The notes under the pieces were generated by a model that saw only the letters and a list, made by a program, of their open reading frames with translations, made no database searches and was not told the origin of the DNA. From positions 4,712,001 through 4,776,000 of the forward strand of contig CP089274.1 of the NCBI GenBank assembly GCA_023920165.1: a stretch of 64,000 nt of DNA, in the 5' to 3' direction. The translations under genes and the position numbers were made by a program. Source of the stretch: Curvularia clavata (lineage: Eukaryota). Of this stretch, positions 12,599 through 25,273 are shown in pieces (position 1 is the first letter of the stretch; the number at the start of each line of letters is the position of its first letter).

Positions 12599-14441
12599 TT
12601 ACAGCTGGCTCAGTAGTCCCAAAATCTCGCCTCTCAGCTGCTGTAAGCCAACCTCCTTCTTGACACCCAGTCTCCGACACTGCACCTCTACTTCCTTCTT
12701 CTCCTTCCAGCCTCTTCCTAGCACAACAACGACGGGATACCCTATCAGATCCGCGTCCCTCAGTTTCCAGCCTAGATTCCTTCCTGTTCGATCGTCAAGA
12801 ACTACATCTACGCTTTCATTTCCTTCTCCATGCAACAGGTCGTAGACCTCTGTGACGTCTTTTTCTTCTGTTTTTGGAGAGCCGAAGACGATGACTTCGT
12901 ATGGTGCAATGGCTCTGGGCCAGTTGAGACCTTTTCCGTCAGAGAGGAGAGATGCTACAGCACCGATGATGCGCGAGACGCCGATACCATGGCAGCCCAT
13001 TTGTAGGGGTGAGGAGAGGTTTTGATCTGGGAGGGCAATGACGGCTTTGAGAGGCTCGCTATAGCGGGTACCGAGATGAAAAGTGTGGCCGACTTCGATT
13101 GCTTTTTGGACATCTAATCTTCCTTGCGCGCAGCTGGAACAAGAATCGCCAGGCTTAGTGATTGTAAGATCTATATTTGAAAATTCGGCGTTGTCAGACA
13201 CAGATTGGTCGTATAGGTCGATCTGGTTGGTGGCTTTGAGAAGGAGAGTTGATAGGGTTGAGGATTCGATGCCTGTATCCATGTCCATGTCTGCAGGCAA
13301 TGCTCGTTTGACAGCATGAAAGTTGACAAACTTCGAAACGTTTTCCCATGACGCCTTATCGTTTTCTCCAAAGCCCGATGGTCTTGGTATGTAGATGTTG
13401 ATTTTTGTCTTCTTATCTACGCTGATCCCTGTGAACATGATCGTATCTCTGGTATTCGGTGCTGTCGCGAACTTCTTTACTACGAGCTCTTCATTTGCGA
13501 CATAATCACATGAGCTGCATGACCATACATTGTCTTCACCCTTTGGTGATACGAAGTGGTACTCATGGCTTAGCTTGCCACCCATGTTGCCAGAGTCAGC
13601 ATCAGCGACCAGGTAGGGAAGCTTGAGTTCGTTAAAGAGGTTGTTGTATGCTTGCCGGACTGATTGGTAAGTCTCCAGAGCGGCTTCTGGCGTGTAGTCG
13701 AATGTATACAAATCCTTCATCATGAACTCTTTTGCCCGTAATAATCCCTGTCTAGGCCGTCGTTCGTCACGATACTTGCGACCTATCTGGTAGAGCCTCA
13801 ATGGCAGATCCTTGTATGAATGTACCATACTAGCAACAAGAGCTGTGATCTCCTCTTCGTGAGTAGGTGAAAGCAGGAATCCTGACTCTCTCCTATCTTT
13901 GATGCGAAGAAGTTCTGAGTTTGCAGAATACCGGCCAGATTGTCGCCATAATGCCTCAGTCGTAATGGTTGAGAGTGAGAGTTTCGAAGCACCTATAGAG
14001 CTCATGTGCTTATCTATGAGTGCCTCAAGTTTGTTTTGCACCCGCAAACCGAGTGGCAGAAGATGGAAGACTCCTGAATGTGCCTGCACGTGATGAGTTC
14101 AAGTATATACGAGAGGGACGGGGTAATGTACTTGACGCAGAAAGCCGCTACGGACGAGTAAAGAATGTGACTCGTCTTTTCATCTGTTAGTAAATTGTAC
14201 GGAAACGAGTAGTCAGGCATACTTGCCTTGCTCTCCATCTTGTGGTGATATTCCGCCGGTTGGTGCCCAGAATTTCGATAGCCGATTCCTTGAGTCGGTC
14301 TGGGGAACAATCAGTTTAACCTGAGGACAAAATATACCAACTGAAGAATCTCACAGCTATCTGTCTAGTTATTTGGTAGCCCTGAATTTGTATTCTCGCT
14401 GTTCGCGGTTGCCGTAACACTTTCCACATGTGAGTCGCCAT
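12599..14441 (-). CDS. AIM10: Prolyl-tRNA synthetase, mitochondrial (bacterial type)
   Basis: LSPTHEEEIT, YQIGRKYRDERRPRQGLLR, IEVGHTFHLG, MGCHGIGVSR and anticodon domain DADLIGYP; Arg-rich presequence; three 5' introns. Confidence 0.92.
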
Positions 14442-14736
14442 GCCCGCACAGCCGTGAGAGCGCGCCGAGTAACAGTACAATAGCAATTGAAAGTAGCCCG
14501 GTGCGGTTGCCAAAGCGAAATTACAACGAAATGCGGGTCTGCTCCTAAGATAGTCTGCGACTGCTGAGCGTCGCCATCTTGAAGTCTTGTGCACGGACCA
14601 ACTCCGAACCTGAAGCGTATGGAAATATTTGGAGACGCAACTCGACCTCTCCATTGTGACACGACCACATCTCATGTAAGTCTAGTACCTCTATGGTCGA
14701 ACCGCCCACTCTTTCACAATTACTTACGACACCAGA

Positions 14737-15783
14737 ATGCCTCCACGAATACGCGTACGGCCACGCGCCCTCTGCGCCTGCGCCTCACGCCCCAACCATG
14801 CCATGTCTATGCCCGCAATCGCAACCTACGCCTCGGTTGCAACAGCCTCAGCAACTACCCCCGCGCCCCCAATTCAGCAGACATACAAAGCCGCAGCCCC
14901 AGTGCTAAGGTACCCACCTACCCAACCGCCCTCTCACAAGCCCCCGGAGGTCCGCAAGACGCAATTGCACAGGCAATATCAATCGCTGCTGAAATCCTCG
15001 CCCTTGATCCTGATCTTCCAACACAATAATGTCAAAGCTGTAGAATGGATGAGCATACGAAGGGAGCTCGCTATTGCGCTGAGGAAGCTAGACGCCCAGA
15101 GAGCCAGCAGCGGGAAGGAAACGCTCGCAGACGAGATCAGGATGCAAGTTGTGCAAACCAACATCTTCGCAAGCGCATTGAGGATCGTTGAGTTCTTCCA
15201 CCCACAGGAATCTTCTCTGGAGCACGCACAGCATCCCACAGACCCGCGGACAGCGACTAGCGCCCAGATACCGCAGACCAGCAACCGCGTCGACGACGAG
15301 CGTTTCACTCACGGCTTGTCGAGACACGCCTACGAGGTTGCGAACAACAGAAAGCTGAAGCTCGAACTGGAGCCTTTACTATCTGGCCCTCTTGCCGTTG
15401 TGGCATTCCCCACCGTCTCACCAGAATACCTCAAGGTTGTGCTCTCCATCCTTTCACCTTCGAAACCAGACTTCCAGGCTCCAAGCCGCAAAGCAAACCC
15501 CGATTACTATGAGCCAGCCGTACAGGCCGGACTTCAGAAGCTAATGCTGCTGGGTGCAAGGGTTGAGGGCAAGGTCTTCGATGTAGAGGGTGCCAAGTGG
15601 GTTGGTGGTATTGGCGGAGGTCTGGATGGTCTCAGGGCACAGCTCGTTCACATGCTTCAAGGAATTGGCGGAAGCCTCACTAGTGCATTGGAGGGCGCGA
15701 GCAAGAGTCTCTACTTCACTGTTGAGTCCAGGCGAATGGATATGGAGGAGAAGGAGAAGGGACCCGAAGAGAAGAAAGAATGA
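14737..15783 (+). CDS. MRPL11: Mitochondrial ribosomal protein uL10m (YmL11-like)
   Basis: 348-aa ORF with presequence-like N-terminus; RKTQLHRQYQSLL, LIFQHNN, LLSGPLA, LLGARVEGKVFD, GLDGLRAQLV. Confidence 0.8.
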   Translation: MPPRIRVRPRALCACASRPNHAMSMPAIATYASVATASATTPAPPIQQTYKAAAPVLRYPPTQPPSHKPPEVRKTQLHRQYQSLLKSSPLILIFQHNNVKAVEWMSIRRELAIALRKLDAQRASSGKETLADEIRMQVVQTNIFASALRIVEFFHPQESSLEHAQHPTDPRTATSAQIPQTSNRVDDERFTHGLSRHAYEVANNRKLKLELEPLLSGPLAVVAFPTVSPEYLKVVLSILSPSKPDFQAPSRKANPDYYEPAVQAGLQKLMLLGARVEGKVFDVEGAKWVGGIGGGLDGLRAQLVHMLQGIGGSLTSALEGASKSLYFTVESRRMDMEEKEKGPEEKKE

Positions 15784-16867
15784 GTTGGCCTTCGATTTGT
15801 ATATTGAGCTATACACGATCGTGGAATGGAAATGTAAAAATACTTGTACAGAGAGTCTACGTGACGTTTGGATGGCATCTACATTACCTATCTTCAGAAC
15901 GGGGCGCCCGTTAGCCTGGAAAATACACCAACACGCACTGCCTTGATCTAACCAACTCAGACCACCCGATCCCTTGGACCCAACACCTCTCCCCATCCAA
16001 AAGCGAATCGGATACTTTTTTTCTTGGAAAAGCACTCATAACAGGCTGAAACAGTTCCACTTCCCAACGTACAAGGCCCTCAAACATATAGAGCTTGTCT
16101 TTCTTTTCTTCTTTCACGTTCACAGCAAAGGATAACACAAAGATTCGAGACAAATTTTTAAACAATTTTGATGTCATTTTTCTAATAAAAGATATCCACG
16201 TGAGAAAACATAACAAAGAGGTTTTCCGTGGCATCCCAAGGGTATCATGAGGGTAGGTTGCTGCCTTTCCCAAAATATGCACATTTCGAAGTAGGTTTGG
16301 TTGGTTTGGTGTTAGACACCAGGGGCGGGATGGGGAAGGGGGTTTAAAAAAAAAGGGGGGCACTGAAGCGGTTTCCCCCCGCGCTGATAAAACAAAAAAG
16401 CTTCCATACACACACACGCGCACGCAATAAAAGACAAAAAAAAGCAAAAAAGGGAAGACCAAACTAGACACAAAGTCGACATCCTGGCGCCTCAATCTGG
16501 TTTTCCCACCCATGTATGTGTAAAGTAGGTGTAGGAATATCATGATCGTCATACCGTTTGCTTCGCCTCGTTCGATCGATCGTTCTTCCGCTACGCATTA
16601 TGCCAGTAGGAAATGGTGTGCTGTTGTAGGGGTGGTAGTTGTGATTGTAGTTAGTGTTGTTGGAAGTGCTGGTGCTGGTGCTGGCGCCGGTGTTGATGAT
16701 GGTGATGATGTAAATGGTGACGGTTTTTTCCCGCCTTCTGAGCAACCCTCATTACCGCCACCGTTGCCTTCGTAAACCCGAAATTTTCCTGTAAACGCCG
16801 ATGATGGAGAGAGCTGGAAACCCCAATGCAGTTAAGTTGATGTATGCGAAAGAAAATGTCGACATCA

Positions 16868-18073
16868 CTATCGTCGTGCACCGCCTACTTCGACCGAATG
16901 TGATGTTCGTTCAAATTGTAACTTCCGCCTCTTGTTTGCCATGCTGCCTCCTGGCGTATCTTCGCCTCCAGTTGAGTCGGCATAGTCGTCTCCAAAGCCT
17001 TCACCGTAACCCTGGAACGCGGCGTCTGTGTATCCACGCTTCGATCCGGATCGCTCTGGTCTGACCAAACCCCTATTCATATGATTGTTGGGTGTTGGTG
17101 CAGATGACGCAAATGGTGTTATACGTTGTGGTGGAGCATCCTGGGCTTTCGGCTTAGCTGTGTCGTCGGTGCCCAGATATGCCTTGTATTTGGCAGCATC
17201 TGCATTGGGAAGAGGTCCAGGGCCCATGCCTGCGAATGCACCATCAAGCAGTTGGCTGAAGTCTGGAGTGAGCCCTGTGCCGTCAGGTGTCAATGCAGTC
17301 TTCTCTGGTTCCCGGTTCTGGACGTGGTTCGGCTGCCATATCTCTTCTGGCAACATTAACAGATCGCGGAATACGCCGTCCATCTTGGTCGCCTTTGGTT
17401 TTCCGGCAATCTGCATCTGTTTGATATGACCCTCGTAGGACTTGCGAAGCTTGTTAATCTTCTCGCCCGTTACCGGATCATTTCGAGCCACAGAACTGGC
17501 GAGCGGCTCGAGCCTGTAGAGTCTGATCAAGTTTTGCGAGGCGTGCGGCCGCGACTTCTCGACCTTGTCTGTCGTGACTTTAAACAGTTGGCGCCCGCTG
17601 ATGCCTTGAGCAGCCTTCAGACGTCCGTCTGGTGTGTATGGGGACTCCCCTTGCCGGTTGTGGTTGGAAAGCCTGTGACTCCGAGACCGCGCCGTGCCAT
17701 CATCTGCGCTTTCTTCCATCGTCGCATCGCCGTCGCTATCGACATTGGCGCTGGAAAGGAAGCCGGCAGTGCTTGCCGGGGTCGGGAAAGGATGCAGGTT
17801 GGATGCCGACGCGGCCGACTGGGAGAAAGACTGGGACATGGGTAGCGAGGATTGCGGGGAGCGGTCCGACGACGTCGTGGTGTTTGTCGTGGAAAAACCT
17901 CCATTGGATTGCGAATTCATCGAGGAGTATGGCGGCGAGGTAGGTGTGCGCGGATGGTTGAGCGTCTTTGTCGTCTGGCTGCTCGCCTTGGCAGCGACGT
18001 CAAAGGGCGGGCTGGCGGGTGAGAATCTTCCTATCGAATCCAGGCGTTGGCGTTTGGCGCTGTGATCCGACAT
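16868..18073 (-). CDS. MED19: Mediator subunit 19 (Rox3)
   Basis: PHASQNLIRLYRLEPLASSVARNDPVTGEKINKLRKSYEGHIK; ATG at 18073 (MSDHSAKRQRL). Confidence 0.88.
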   Translation of the reverse strand: MSDHSAKRQRLDSIGRFSPASPPFDVAAKASSQTTKTLNHPRTPTSPPYSSMNSQSNGGFSTTNTTTSSDRSPQSSLPMSQSFSQSAASASNLHPFPTPASTAGFLSSANVDSDGDATMEESADDGTARSRSHRLSNHNRQGESPYTPDGRLKAAQGISGRQLFKVTTDKVEKSRPHASQNLIRLYRLEPLASSVARNDPVTGEKINKLRKSYEGHIKQMQIAGKPKATKMDGVFRDLLMLPEEIWQPNHVQNREPEKTALTPDGTGLTPDFSQLLDGAFAGMGPGPLPNADAAKYKAYLGTDDTAKPKAQDAPPQRITPFASSAPTPNNHMNRGLVRPERSGSKRGYTDAAFQGYGEGFGDDYADSTGGEDTPGGSMANKRRKLQFERTSHSVEVGGARR

Positions 18074-18579
18074 AGAGGCCGCTTCACGAGATCTGGGCGT
18101 GGATGGAAGGCTCTCGGGCGCAGGCGGGTAGTTGTGTGGGTGTAGGGAAGAGAGAGGAGGGCTTGTCGTGAAGCGCTTGGCGTCCTCTGCGCGGGTCGAC
18201 CGCGGCAGCAAGGGAGAGCGCTCTACTCAATAGTGCGCATTCGAGGAGGGTCGGCAGCGGGCGTCAGGCGTCGTCAGATGCAGGCGATGTGCGAGGCGGC
18301 GTGGTGGCGGAGGGCGTGGGAGGGTCGTTGGTCGGCTGAAGATGTGAAGATGCGAAGGGGATTGATGGGGTGGACCGGCGGTTTGGGCTCAGCGCTGCGT
18401 GCACGTGACCCGCCCAGCCGGTTCACGCTCCCGCCACCTAAAACCGCGTCTACTATTAGGCCGTGTCACCCTTTCATCGACTATTGCGAAACACGCGGGC
18501 ACAGCAGCGGGTCCCAGGCATATTGCGCAGAGCCTCGCCTTCACTTCAATGCCTCGACTGTCGCCCGTCTTTGGCCAGC

Positions 18580-19701
18580 ATGGATGACACCCAGCCACGC
18601 GCCCACGGCTCTGCCCCGGCCACCCCAGCAAATGCTGCTGGGCACGCTGCCCGTTCCGGGGCCACAAATCCGCCCGCGACTAGCAGTGCGCACAAGGTCC
18701 AGCAGCCGAAACCCCAAGCTTTGCCCTCGCGCTCCGGGCCCAGTTCCATTTTGGTCTCGCCGCGACAGAAGGGCAATCCTATCCTGAATAGCGTGCGTGC
18801 AGTGGCCTGGGAGTATTCAGACATTCCCGCCGACTATGTCGTTGGCGCCACAACATGTGCCCTATTCCTGTCACTCAAGTACCATCGCTTGCATCCCGAG
18901 TACATCTACAACCGCATCCGAGACCTAAAAGGCCAGTACAATCTGCGCATCCTGCTTACCATGGTCGACATTGAAAACCATGAAGACCCGTTAAGAGAGT
19001 TGTCAAAGACATCATTGGTCAATAACGTCACAGTCATGCTGTGCTGGAGTGCCCAAGAGGCCGGCCGCTACCTAGAGCTTTTCAAGACATTCGAGAATGC
19101 TGCACCGACTAGCATCCGCGCCCAGCAAGCCGGCACTTACTCTGAGAATATGGTTGAGTTCATCACAGTACCGCGCAGTATCAATAAAACAGATGCGGTT
19201 GGTTTGGTCTCCAACTTTGGGAGCATCCGCACTGCCATTAATGCCGCCCCTGAAGAGATTGGGCTGATCGCAGGATGGGGCGATAAGAAAGTTCAGCGAT
19301 GGTGCAATGCTGTCCGAGAACCGTTTAGAGTGAAGAAGGCAGCTAAGCGGGGAGGTCTTGTGCAAGAAAGCAGTCAAGCACCCGTGACGGAGGGTCAAAA
19401 TCAACCGCCCAACGTGACAAGCGCTAATGACATAGCTCGTCAAAGGGTAGATGACGCTGTGCCTCTTGCAATGGAGATGGAGAGATCGGCTCCTCTCGCA
19501 ACTTCTGGGTCGGATGCAGACAAACGGCTTGATCACCGTCCTGCCGAAGACCTCAACGAAGATGACGAACAGGCGATGCGCGAGGCTGAAATGGGCCATG
19601 GATCAGGGTTCAATCAACCCAAACCAGCAAAGAGGAAACAACCAGATGAAAGCATGAGCGAAGGCGTAATGGCAGCACTTGATAAATTGAGGAAACAGTA
19701 A
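18580..19701 (+). CDS. RAD10: ERCC1/Rad10/Swi10 excision repair endonuclease subunit
   Basis: ILVSPRQKGNPIL, LFLSLKYHRLHPEYIY, CWSAQEAGRYLE and a HhH region. Confidence 0.93.
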   Translation: MDDTQPRAHGSAPATPANAAGHAARSGATNPPATSSAHKVQQPKPQALPSRSGPSSILVSPRQKGNPILNSVRAVAWEYSDIPADYVVGATTCALFLSLKYHRLHPEYIYNRIRDLKGQYNLRILLTMVDIENHEDPLRELSKTSLVNNVTVMLCWSAQEAGRYLELFKTFENAAPTSIRAQQAGTYSENMVEFITVPRSINKTDAVGLVSNFGSIRTAINAAPEEIGLIAGWGDKKVQRWCNAVREPFRVKKAAKRGGLVQESSQAPVTEGQNQPPNVTSANDIARQRVDDAVPLAMEMERSAPLATSGSDADKRLDHRPAEDLNEDDEQAMREAEMGHGSGFNQPKPAKRKQPDESMSEGVMAALDKLRKQ

Positions 19702-20081
19702 ATTGCCTTCTGGGCCACATTGCCACAGAAGTGCACTTCACACAAGTTACCCGAACAGCGCCTGAGCCATTGGTGAGTCCAGGCTAATCTGATATGCAGT
19801 TCTTTTACCCTGTGAAAACAGGTCTGGGGTCTTCAGGTCCACAGCTGTGGGCTCTCTTCTCATTGGCGAGCTATCAATACCGTTTGCCCTGCAGCCTAGC
19901 CGTGCCGGTTCTCCACCCCCGCGCCTTACCCAGTGTGCCATTACCAACCAAACACCTGTGCTGTCTTTTGCTGTTTTTGCCAAATATTAACCCACCCGCT
20001 TCGACTTGATCATTAAATTAATATTTTGGCAAATGTCTCGCTGACTATCATCCCCTTATCCCAACGCCTGGAGCTTTAAAT

Positions 20082-20420
20082 ATGGATCACTTCTCGAGCC
20101 TGCCTGCCAAGCTCCAAATTAAGATTTTCGATCGTCTTGAAACCTCCAACACCAAAGCTGAAAGAGCTGTTCGCAAGACGTTTCGGGACAATGCTATGTC
20201 AGCTCTCTTTTGAAGTATAGTCGCATGTGCAAGACATCACGCTCTCGGCGCTTACCAGAACTTATCACAACACCCAAATATATTCAGTTTACGTGAAACA
20301 GATCGTCTTTGATGGTAGAGTTTTCAGCCAAAGGACTGCGAGATGTACCCTCCATTATTACAAGGCAGAGGGGTGGACTAATGATGTCCTTTGCCATGGG
20401 AACGAATATGGAGAAACTCC
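20082..20420 (+). pseudogene. Degraded F-box-like gene
   Basis: MDHFSSLPAKLQIKIFDRL...RAVRKTFRDNAMSALF*SIVACAR: in-frame TGA at 20211-20213, then a frameshift before YVKQIVFDG. Confidence 0.6.
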
Positions 20421-20915
20421 TACCTTGCCGTAGGCTTCAGCACAGCTTAAGTATGATAGTTATGAATGTTTTGAGTGCTGTGATGCCCTCTTTAAAAGTC
20501 TCAACGTTAACCGATCAAGAGATGCACCACTTAAATGACTTTAGATGGCACCACACTATCCCTGTTGAGAAGACAACTGTGACAACTACAGGTGCTTATA
20601 AAAGTAGAATCGTAAGCATCAAGAACATAGCAGCTGATAAGTGACTGTGACAAATACAGCTACTTCTATAAGAAGCAATGCAGGATGGTGTTGTAGGCCG
20701 CTATCTTCCGGTTTCACAGGTCGTGAGAGAGTTAGGCATTTGCAGTCTTTCCTTCTCCAATCTGCTAACAGATTCTAGGTCAACAGCGATCCTACCAAAG
20801 ACTCCATTTACAAACAACGGTGATACATGAAGAGTTTATAATTTACAGTTACTGTACAACAACCTATCGAAATCTTCTCTTCGCTTTAAATTCTTCTTCT
20901 GCATTCCACACCAGC

Positions 20916-21656
20916 TCAAGTCCCAGCCCCAGCTCGCTTCTCTCCGTTTCCTTTCTCTTCTTTCTTCTTCCTCTTCCCGTCTCTCTTGCCATTCCTCTTC
21001 CTATCCTTCCCATCCCTCCTCTTATGCTTCTTCCTATCCTCCTTCTCATCTCTCTTCTCATCTTCCCACTCCTCTTCTACAATAGTATCTAACTGCATCG
21101 GCTTCCTTTCCCTCGTCTTCTTCATCCCAAAATCTATAATCACGCCTCCTCCATTCGCCGCCCACGACTTATCAATCTTGCCTATCTCTGCCTCGCTAAG
21201 CGCAAGGCGTCGCTCTTGAAACGGTTCCCAGCCGCTGGTCCCCTTTGGATGGTAATCCTTTACTTGGTCGTCTCGATGATGTATCCGCCCTGGGAGCGGC
21301 TCCCCCTTCAAGGGCTCGACATAGCCTTTTGGAGGCTCAAAGCCCAGAGGCGCCAGTCTGTTAATGCGCCTGCGGGGTTGGTACGGGTTGATGCGGATTG
21401 GCTGGGTTGATGTTGGTGAACCGGATTGAGAATAAGATTGGGATTGATGATCATCTGCACATGGATGTGCAGATTTGCTGGTAGAAGTTGGGCGTGATTG
21501 TTGTGGTGGATTGGCTGCGCGAGGTTGTGGGGGCGCAGCAAGGTATTCTGAAGGCGAAACTATTGAAATAGCTTCAGAGAATTGACTAGAACTAAGTGGC
21601 TGATTGCTTGGAATTGCTGGCATGCGCGTAGCCATGGTGTGAGAGGTATTTGGCAT
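20916..21656 (-). CDS. Hypothetical protein with Pro/Ser-rich N-terminus and Lys/Glu/Arg-rich C-terminus
   Basis: 246-aa ATG-initiated ORF; no recognised domain. Confidence 0.5.
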   Translation of the reverse strand: MPNTSHTMATRMPAIPSNQPLSSSQFSEAISIVSPSEYLAAPPQPRAANPPQQSRPTSTSKSAHPCADDHQSQSYSQSGSPTSTQPIRINPYQPRRRINRLAPLGFEPPKGYVEPLKGEPLPGRIHHRDDQVKDYHPKGTSGWEPFQERRLALSEAEIGKIDKSWAANGGGVIIDFGMKKTRERKPMQLDTIVEEEWEDEKRDEKEDRKKHKRRDGKDRKRNGKRDGKRKKKEEKGNGEKRAGAGT

Positions 21657-21879
21657 TGTTGCTTAGTAGACTATTATGATTTGGGAATGGTATTTGAGTT
21701 TGATGCAAGATGAACTCAAGATGAAATTTCGTCTTGTTTATATCCATTTACAGGCGTGCAAAAATTCATACATTATTGTAGGCGACACTGTCATAAATGC
21801 CACAAATGGGCAATGGTAGGAGAAGAACCATGGTTCGTGTTGGAAATATTGTAATCCAACTATGGTTGATGACAGGCTG

Positions 21880-23518
21880 CTAGGCCCTCAGAACCCTCTC
21901 CACGGCACCCTTCTCCTCAACATCGACAGTGACGCTCTCGTGCCTTTCAGCATTCTTGCTCTCGATCGCCGCGCCTTCAATAACATGATTCTGTCCTCCG
22001 AAGATGGCGTCCATCTCCTCAAGACTCACCTGCTTGGTCTCTGGGACAAAGAACCACGTGAAGGCTGCAAGCAAAAGGTTGATAGCAGCAAACATGTAAA
22101 AGGCGTAAAATCCTTCGTTCTTCAAGAAGATGGGGAAAAATTGCTGGACAATCGAGTTGACGACGTTTTGTGTCTGGGAGCACATGCCTACGGCTTGGGC
22201 GCGCACATTCATGGAAAAGATCTCCGCAGTGAAGATCCAGACTGTAGCGCCCCATGAAGGTTTGTCTATTGGATATGTATTAGCGGGTGGTCGGTTTAAA
22301 GAGTCAAAGTTGTGTATGTGACTCACAGAAAAAGGCAAAAAGAAACATTAGAAACACTATAGCAATGCCAACTGGTTGCGTCTTCGCCCCATTGGGTAGT
22401 GACGGTGTTTGTGTCTCGACTGTCGCAGCAATGAGCATGCAAGCACCCATGCCTATGCCGCCAACAATGAAGAGGAACTTGCGACCAAACCGGTCAACAG
22501 TCCATGTTGCATTGAGGGTGAATAGGATGCTGAAAGTGGCATTGAGAGCGTTAATGAGAGAGATTGTGTCTTTGCTTGTGAACACTTTCTTGTAGATGAT
22601 GGAGCTGTAGGTGTTGAGCGTTCCCTGTCCGGTGATTTGCTGGCCTCCATTGATAATCATGGCAATGTACATGCGCTTCCTGATAGACTTGTCCTTCCAC
22701 AGAGCAGAGTATCCAGAGGAGATGGCTTCGGCTTCGAACTCGATGGCCTCCCGGATGGTGGTGATTTCCTCTTCAACCTCCTCTTCGGTATCACGGATGC
22801 GACGAAGTGACTGGCGGGCCTGGTCGTAGTTGCGGCTCTTCTGAACGTACCAGCGAGGCGACTCGGGGATGAAAAAGACTTGACTCAGAATGATGATAGG
22901 AACGAGCATCTGGAAGATGACGACGATCTTCCAGTCCCACTCGCCGAGCTTCTTCGGGTTCTTGGAGGTGCCGAAGCTGATCCAGTAGGCGATGAAGGAA
23001 CCGACCGAGTAAAACATTTGCCAGAAGGACATGATTGTACCTCTAATCTCGGATGGACACATCTCGGAGATGAAAATGGATCCAGCCGTAAGCGCAAGAC
23101 CTTGGCCAATACCGATGAGGACGCGACCAGCGATGAAGACACCAATTTGACCACGGGGAGCGAATGCTTGCATCAAGGTTGCGATGATGACACAAAAGGC
23201 TCCGGAAGCCATACCGATTCGTCGACCGGCGAAATCAGCAAGAGGTCCACCCTGGGTAAGATGAAGTCAGTGCATGTCGTCGGCATGATGCCTCACTCAA
23301 AGCAATCTCACCATGAAGAATCCAGCGACTACTGCACCAACAGTGTACGAGGTGTTGATAGCTCCGATAATATTAGGCCCTGGTTTATTGAAATAGGCGA
23401 CCCAATGGTCGGAGTTCTGCAGCGCGTTGAAAACAGACGCATCGTAACCGTAGAGCACCATACACGACGCTGCAACGAGCGAGATGTACCAGTTGTAGGC
23501 TCTCTTTGTAGAGACCAT
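21880..23518 (-). CDS. MFS sugar porter family transporter
   Basis: LYGYDASVF, GRVLIGIGQG, EMCPSEIRG, PESPRW, QQITGQ, DRFGRK, PETKQVSLEEMD; two introns. Confidence 0.93.
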
Positions 23519-24868
23519 CTTGACGGTAGTCTTTCTGAGTCTCCTTTTCGCACGACAGTAACAACAAAGCGATCGACTTGGTAACGATCAACAAAAACGT
23601 CCGGCTCGAAACCCGCAAAGTTAACAGAGGTTGGTCCGTAGAGCTAAGGACTGGAGGCAAATAAGAAAGACTCGGTTGGGCATATACATATATGTATGCA
23701 CATGGCATATTTCGAGTCCGCCCACCGGGGAACGGCTACCGCTATGGGCCCTATCGAACCCCATGGGCACGGAACGCGCTACCAACGCCCTGGTACACGT
23801 AGCTTGTACTACTTCAAGAAAAGCTCTAGGAGTGCATATCACCACGAATCATCTTGCCCAGAAAGCTTCAGAAGCTTGCCCTAATGCCAAAAACGTCTAC
23901 GCTTAGCATCCTTACCCCCTATCGCCTATGAAATAGTGAATCTGGGGAATCTTGAGGCTGGACTACGTGCTCGTAACAGCGGGAAGCGGTCCACTTGGCG
24001 AACGGAGCGGCATCGCAAGTGATTTTCCACGAATGGGCACCAGGGCCACCAAGTGTTGAGGCGCCGTTACTTTCGGGGAGTAACAATGGAGGATAGAGCC
24101 GAAACAACGCCCGGTGCTTCATTTTAATCTGTGAGTGGTCAAGATTGCCGGGAGCACAGTCGCAAATGGGTAGTAGTTCCCTTCACCGCAAGCCAGCCAA
24201 GGCTGGGCACAAGGGAAAGGCGGCAGTGGAAAGCTTTTGGCTGCAGCCTGGGCGCTCTTGTTTCTACCTCTGCGAGGGTTCGGATTGCTGGAATGTTGAT
24301 TGACGTTGTCCGAGTGTGGCGTTCGCACATGGCGATCTGAGCCGTCACACAGTCATCCCATGATTTCTAAGGGTGGGAAATGAGGTTGGATTACGAATAG
24401 CTCATGATTCGTGATGGAGGAGGATAGGGCTTAGTAGCGAGTAGTGGAGCCCGGGCGCCGGTGTAATGGAGGGTGTGCTGACCTCGATATCACATCCTTT
24501 GAAGCAGCCCGTGCTGAAACCAGCAGGAGCCAATACGCCGCGGAGAGGTCCAAGCAAACAAACAAGACAAGCACATCCATGACTTATAGTGATGGTTTAA
24601 AAGGTATTGTTTGAAAAACTATATTGTTACTAATACACACATTGGTAGCGCCGTAGAAACATCGCCCTACGAACATGACAAAAGTCACGTGCCTCTGAGC
24701 CACCGAGGCGTAGTCGGCGCGCATCATCCCACTTTTCCCAGGCGTCTCGACCCGAGACCCTTTCTCACCGCCCGCAACCGACCAACATTTTCCACGCCGC
24801 AAGTCGCATCCCGACCTTCCACCACCAAAAAAAACTCCTTTACAAATCACACTTGATACTCATCCAAG

Positions 24869-25273
24869 ATGCCTTCCGGACAAGGAGGTAAGCACCTCGA
24901 AACAGCCTTTCCCCGCGCAACGCAAAGGCAGTGCGGGGAGGCAAAACGTCCAACCCAAAACGCTGACAGAGAATCACAGCGGGTACCAACCCCATCCACA
25001 ACAAGAAGCCCAAGAAGAAGGCGGCTGAGCTAGATGAGGACGACATGGCGTACAAGGCCAAGCTTGCTGCTGGTACGTTTTCTCCCTCCGACTACCTTGC
25101 ACTTTGCATTCACCGACCCAACACCACCAACGAGCAACTACAAAGGAAGAAAGCGATATACTAACACAACCACAGACAAGAAGGCGCGCGAGGAACTTGC
25201 CAAGACGGTCGGCAAGGGCAAGGGCCCTCTCAACACTGGATCTCAAGGTATTAAGAAGTCGGGAAAGAAATAA
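24869..25273 (+). CDS. TMA7: Translation machinery-associated protein 7
   Basis: MPSGQG|...KKPKKKAAELDEDDMAYKAKLAA|DKKAREELAK...KGPLNTGSQGIKKSGKK; two introns. Confidence 0.9.

Noticed and set aside
15900..16860. Homopolymer-rich stretch with ORFs 15911-16552 and His/Gln-rich 16651-16881; considered as tRNA or gene
   Set aside because: No cloverleaf or recognisable domain; runs of A/G/C look like convergent 3'UTRs or low-quality consensus sequence
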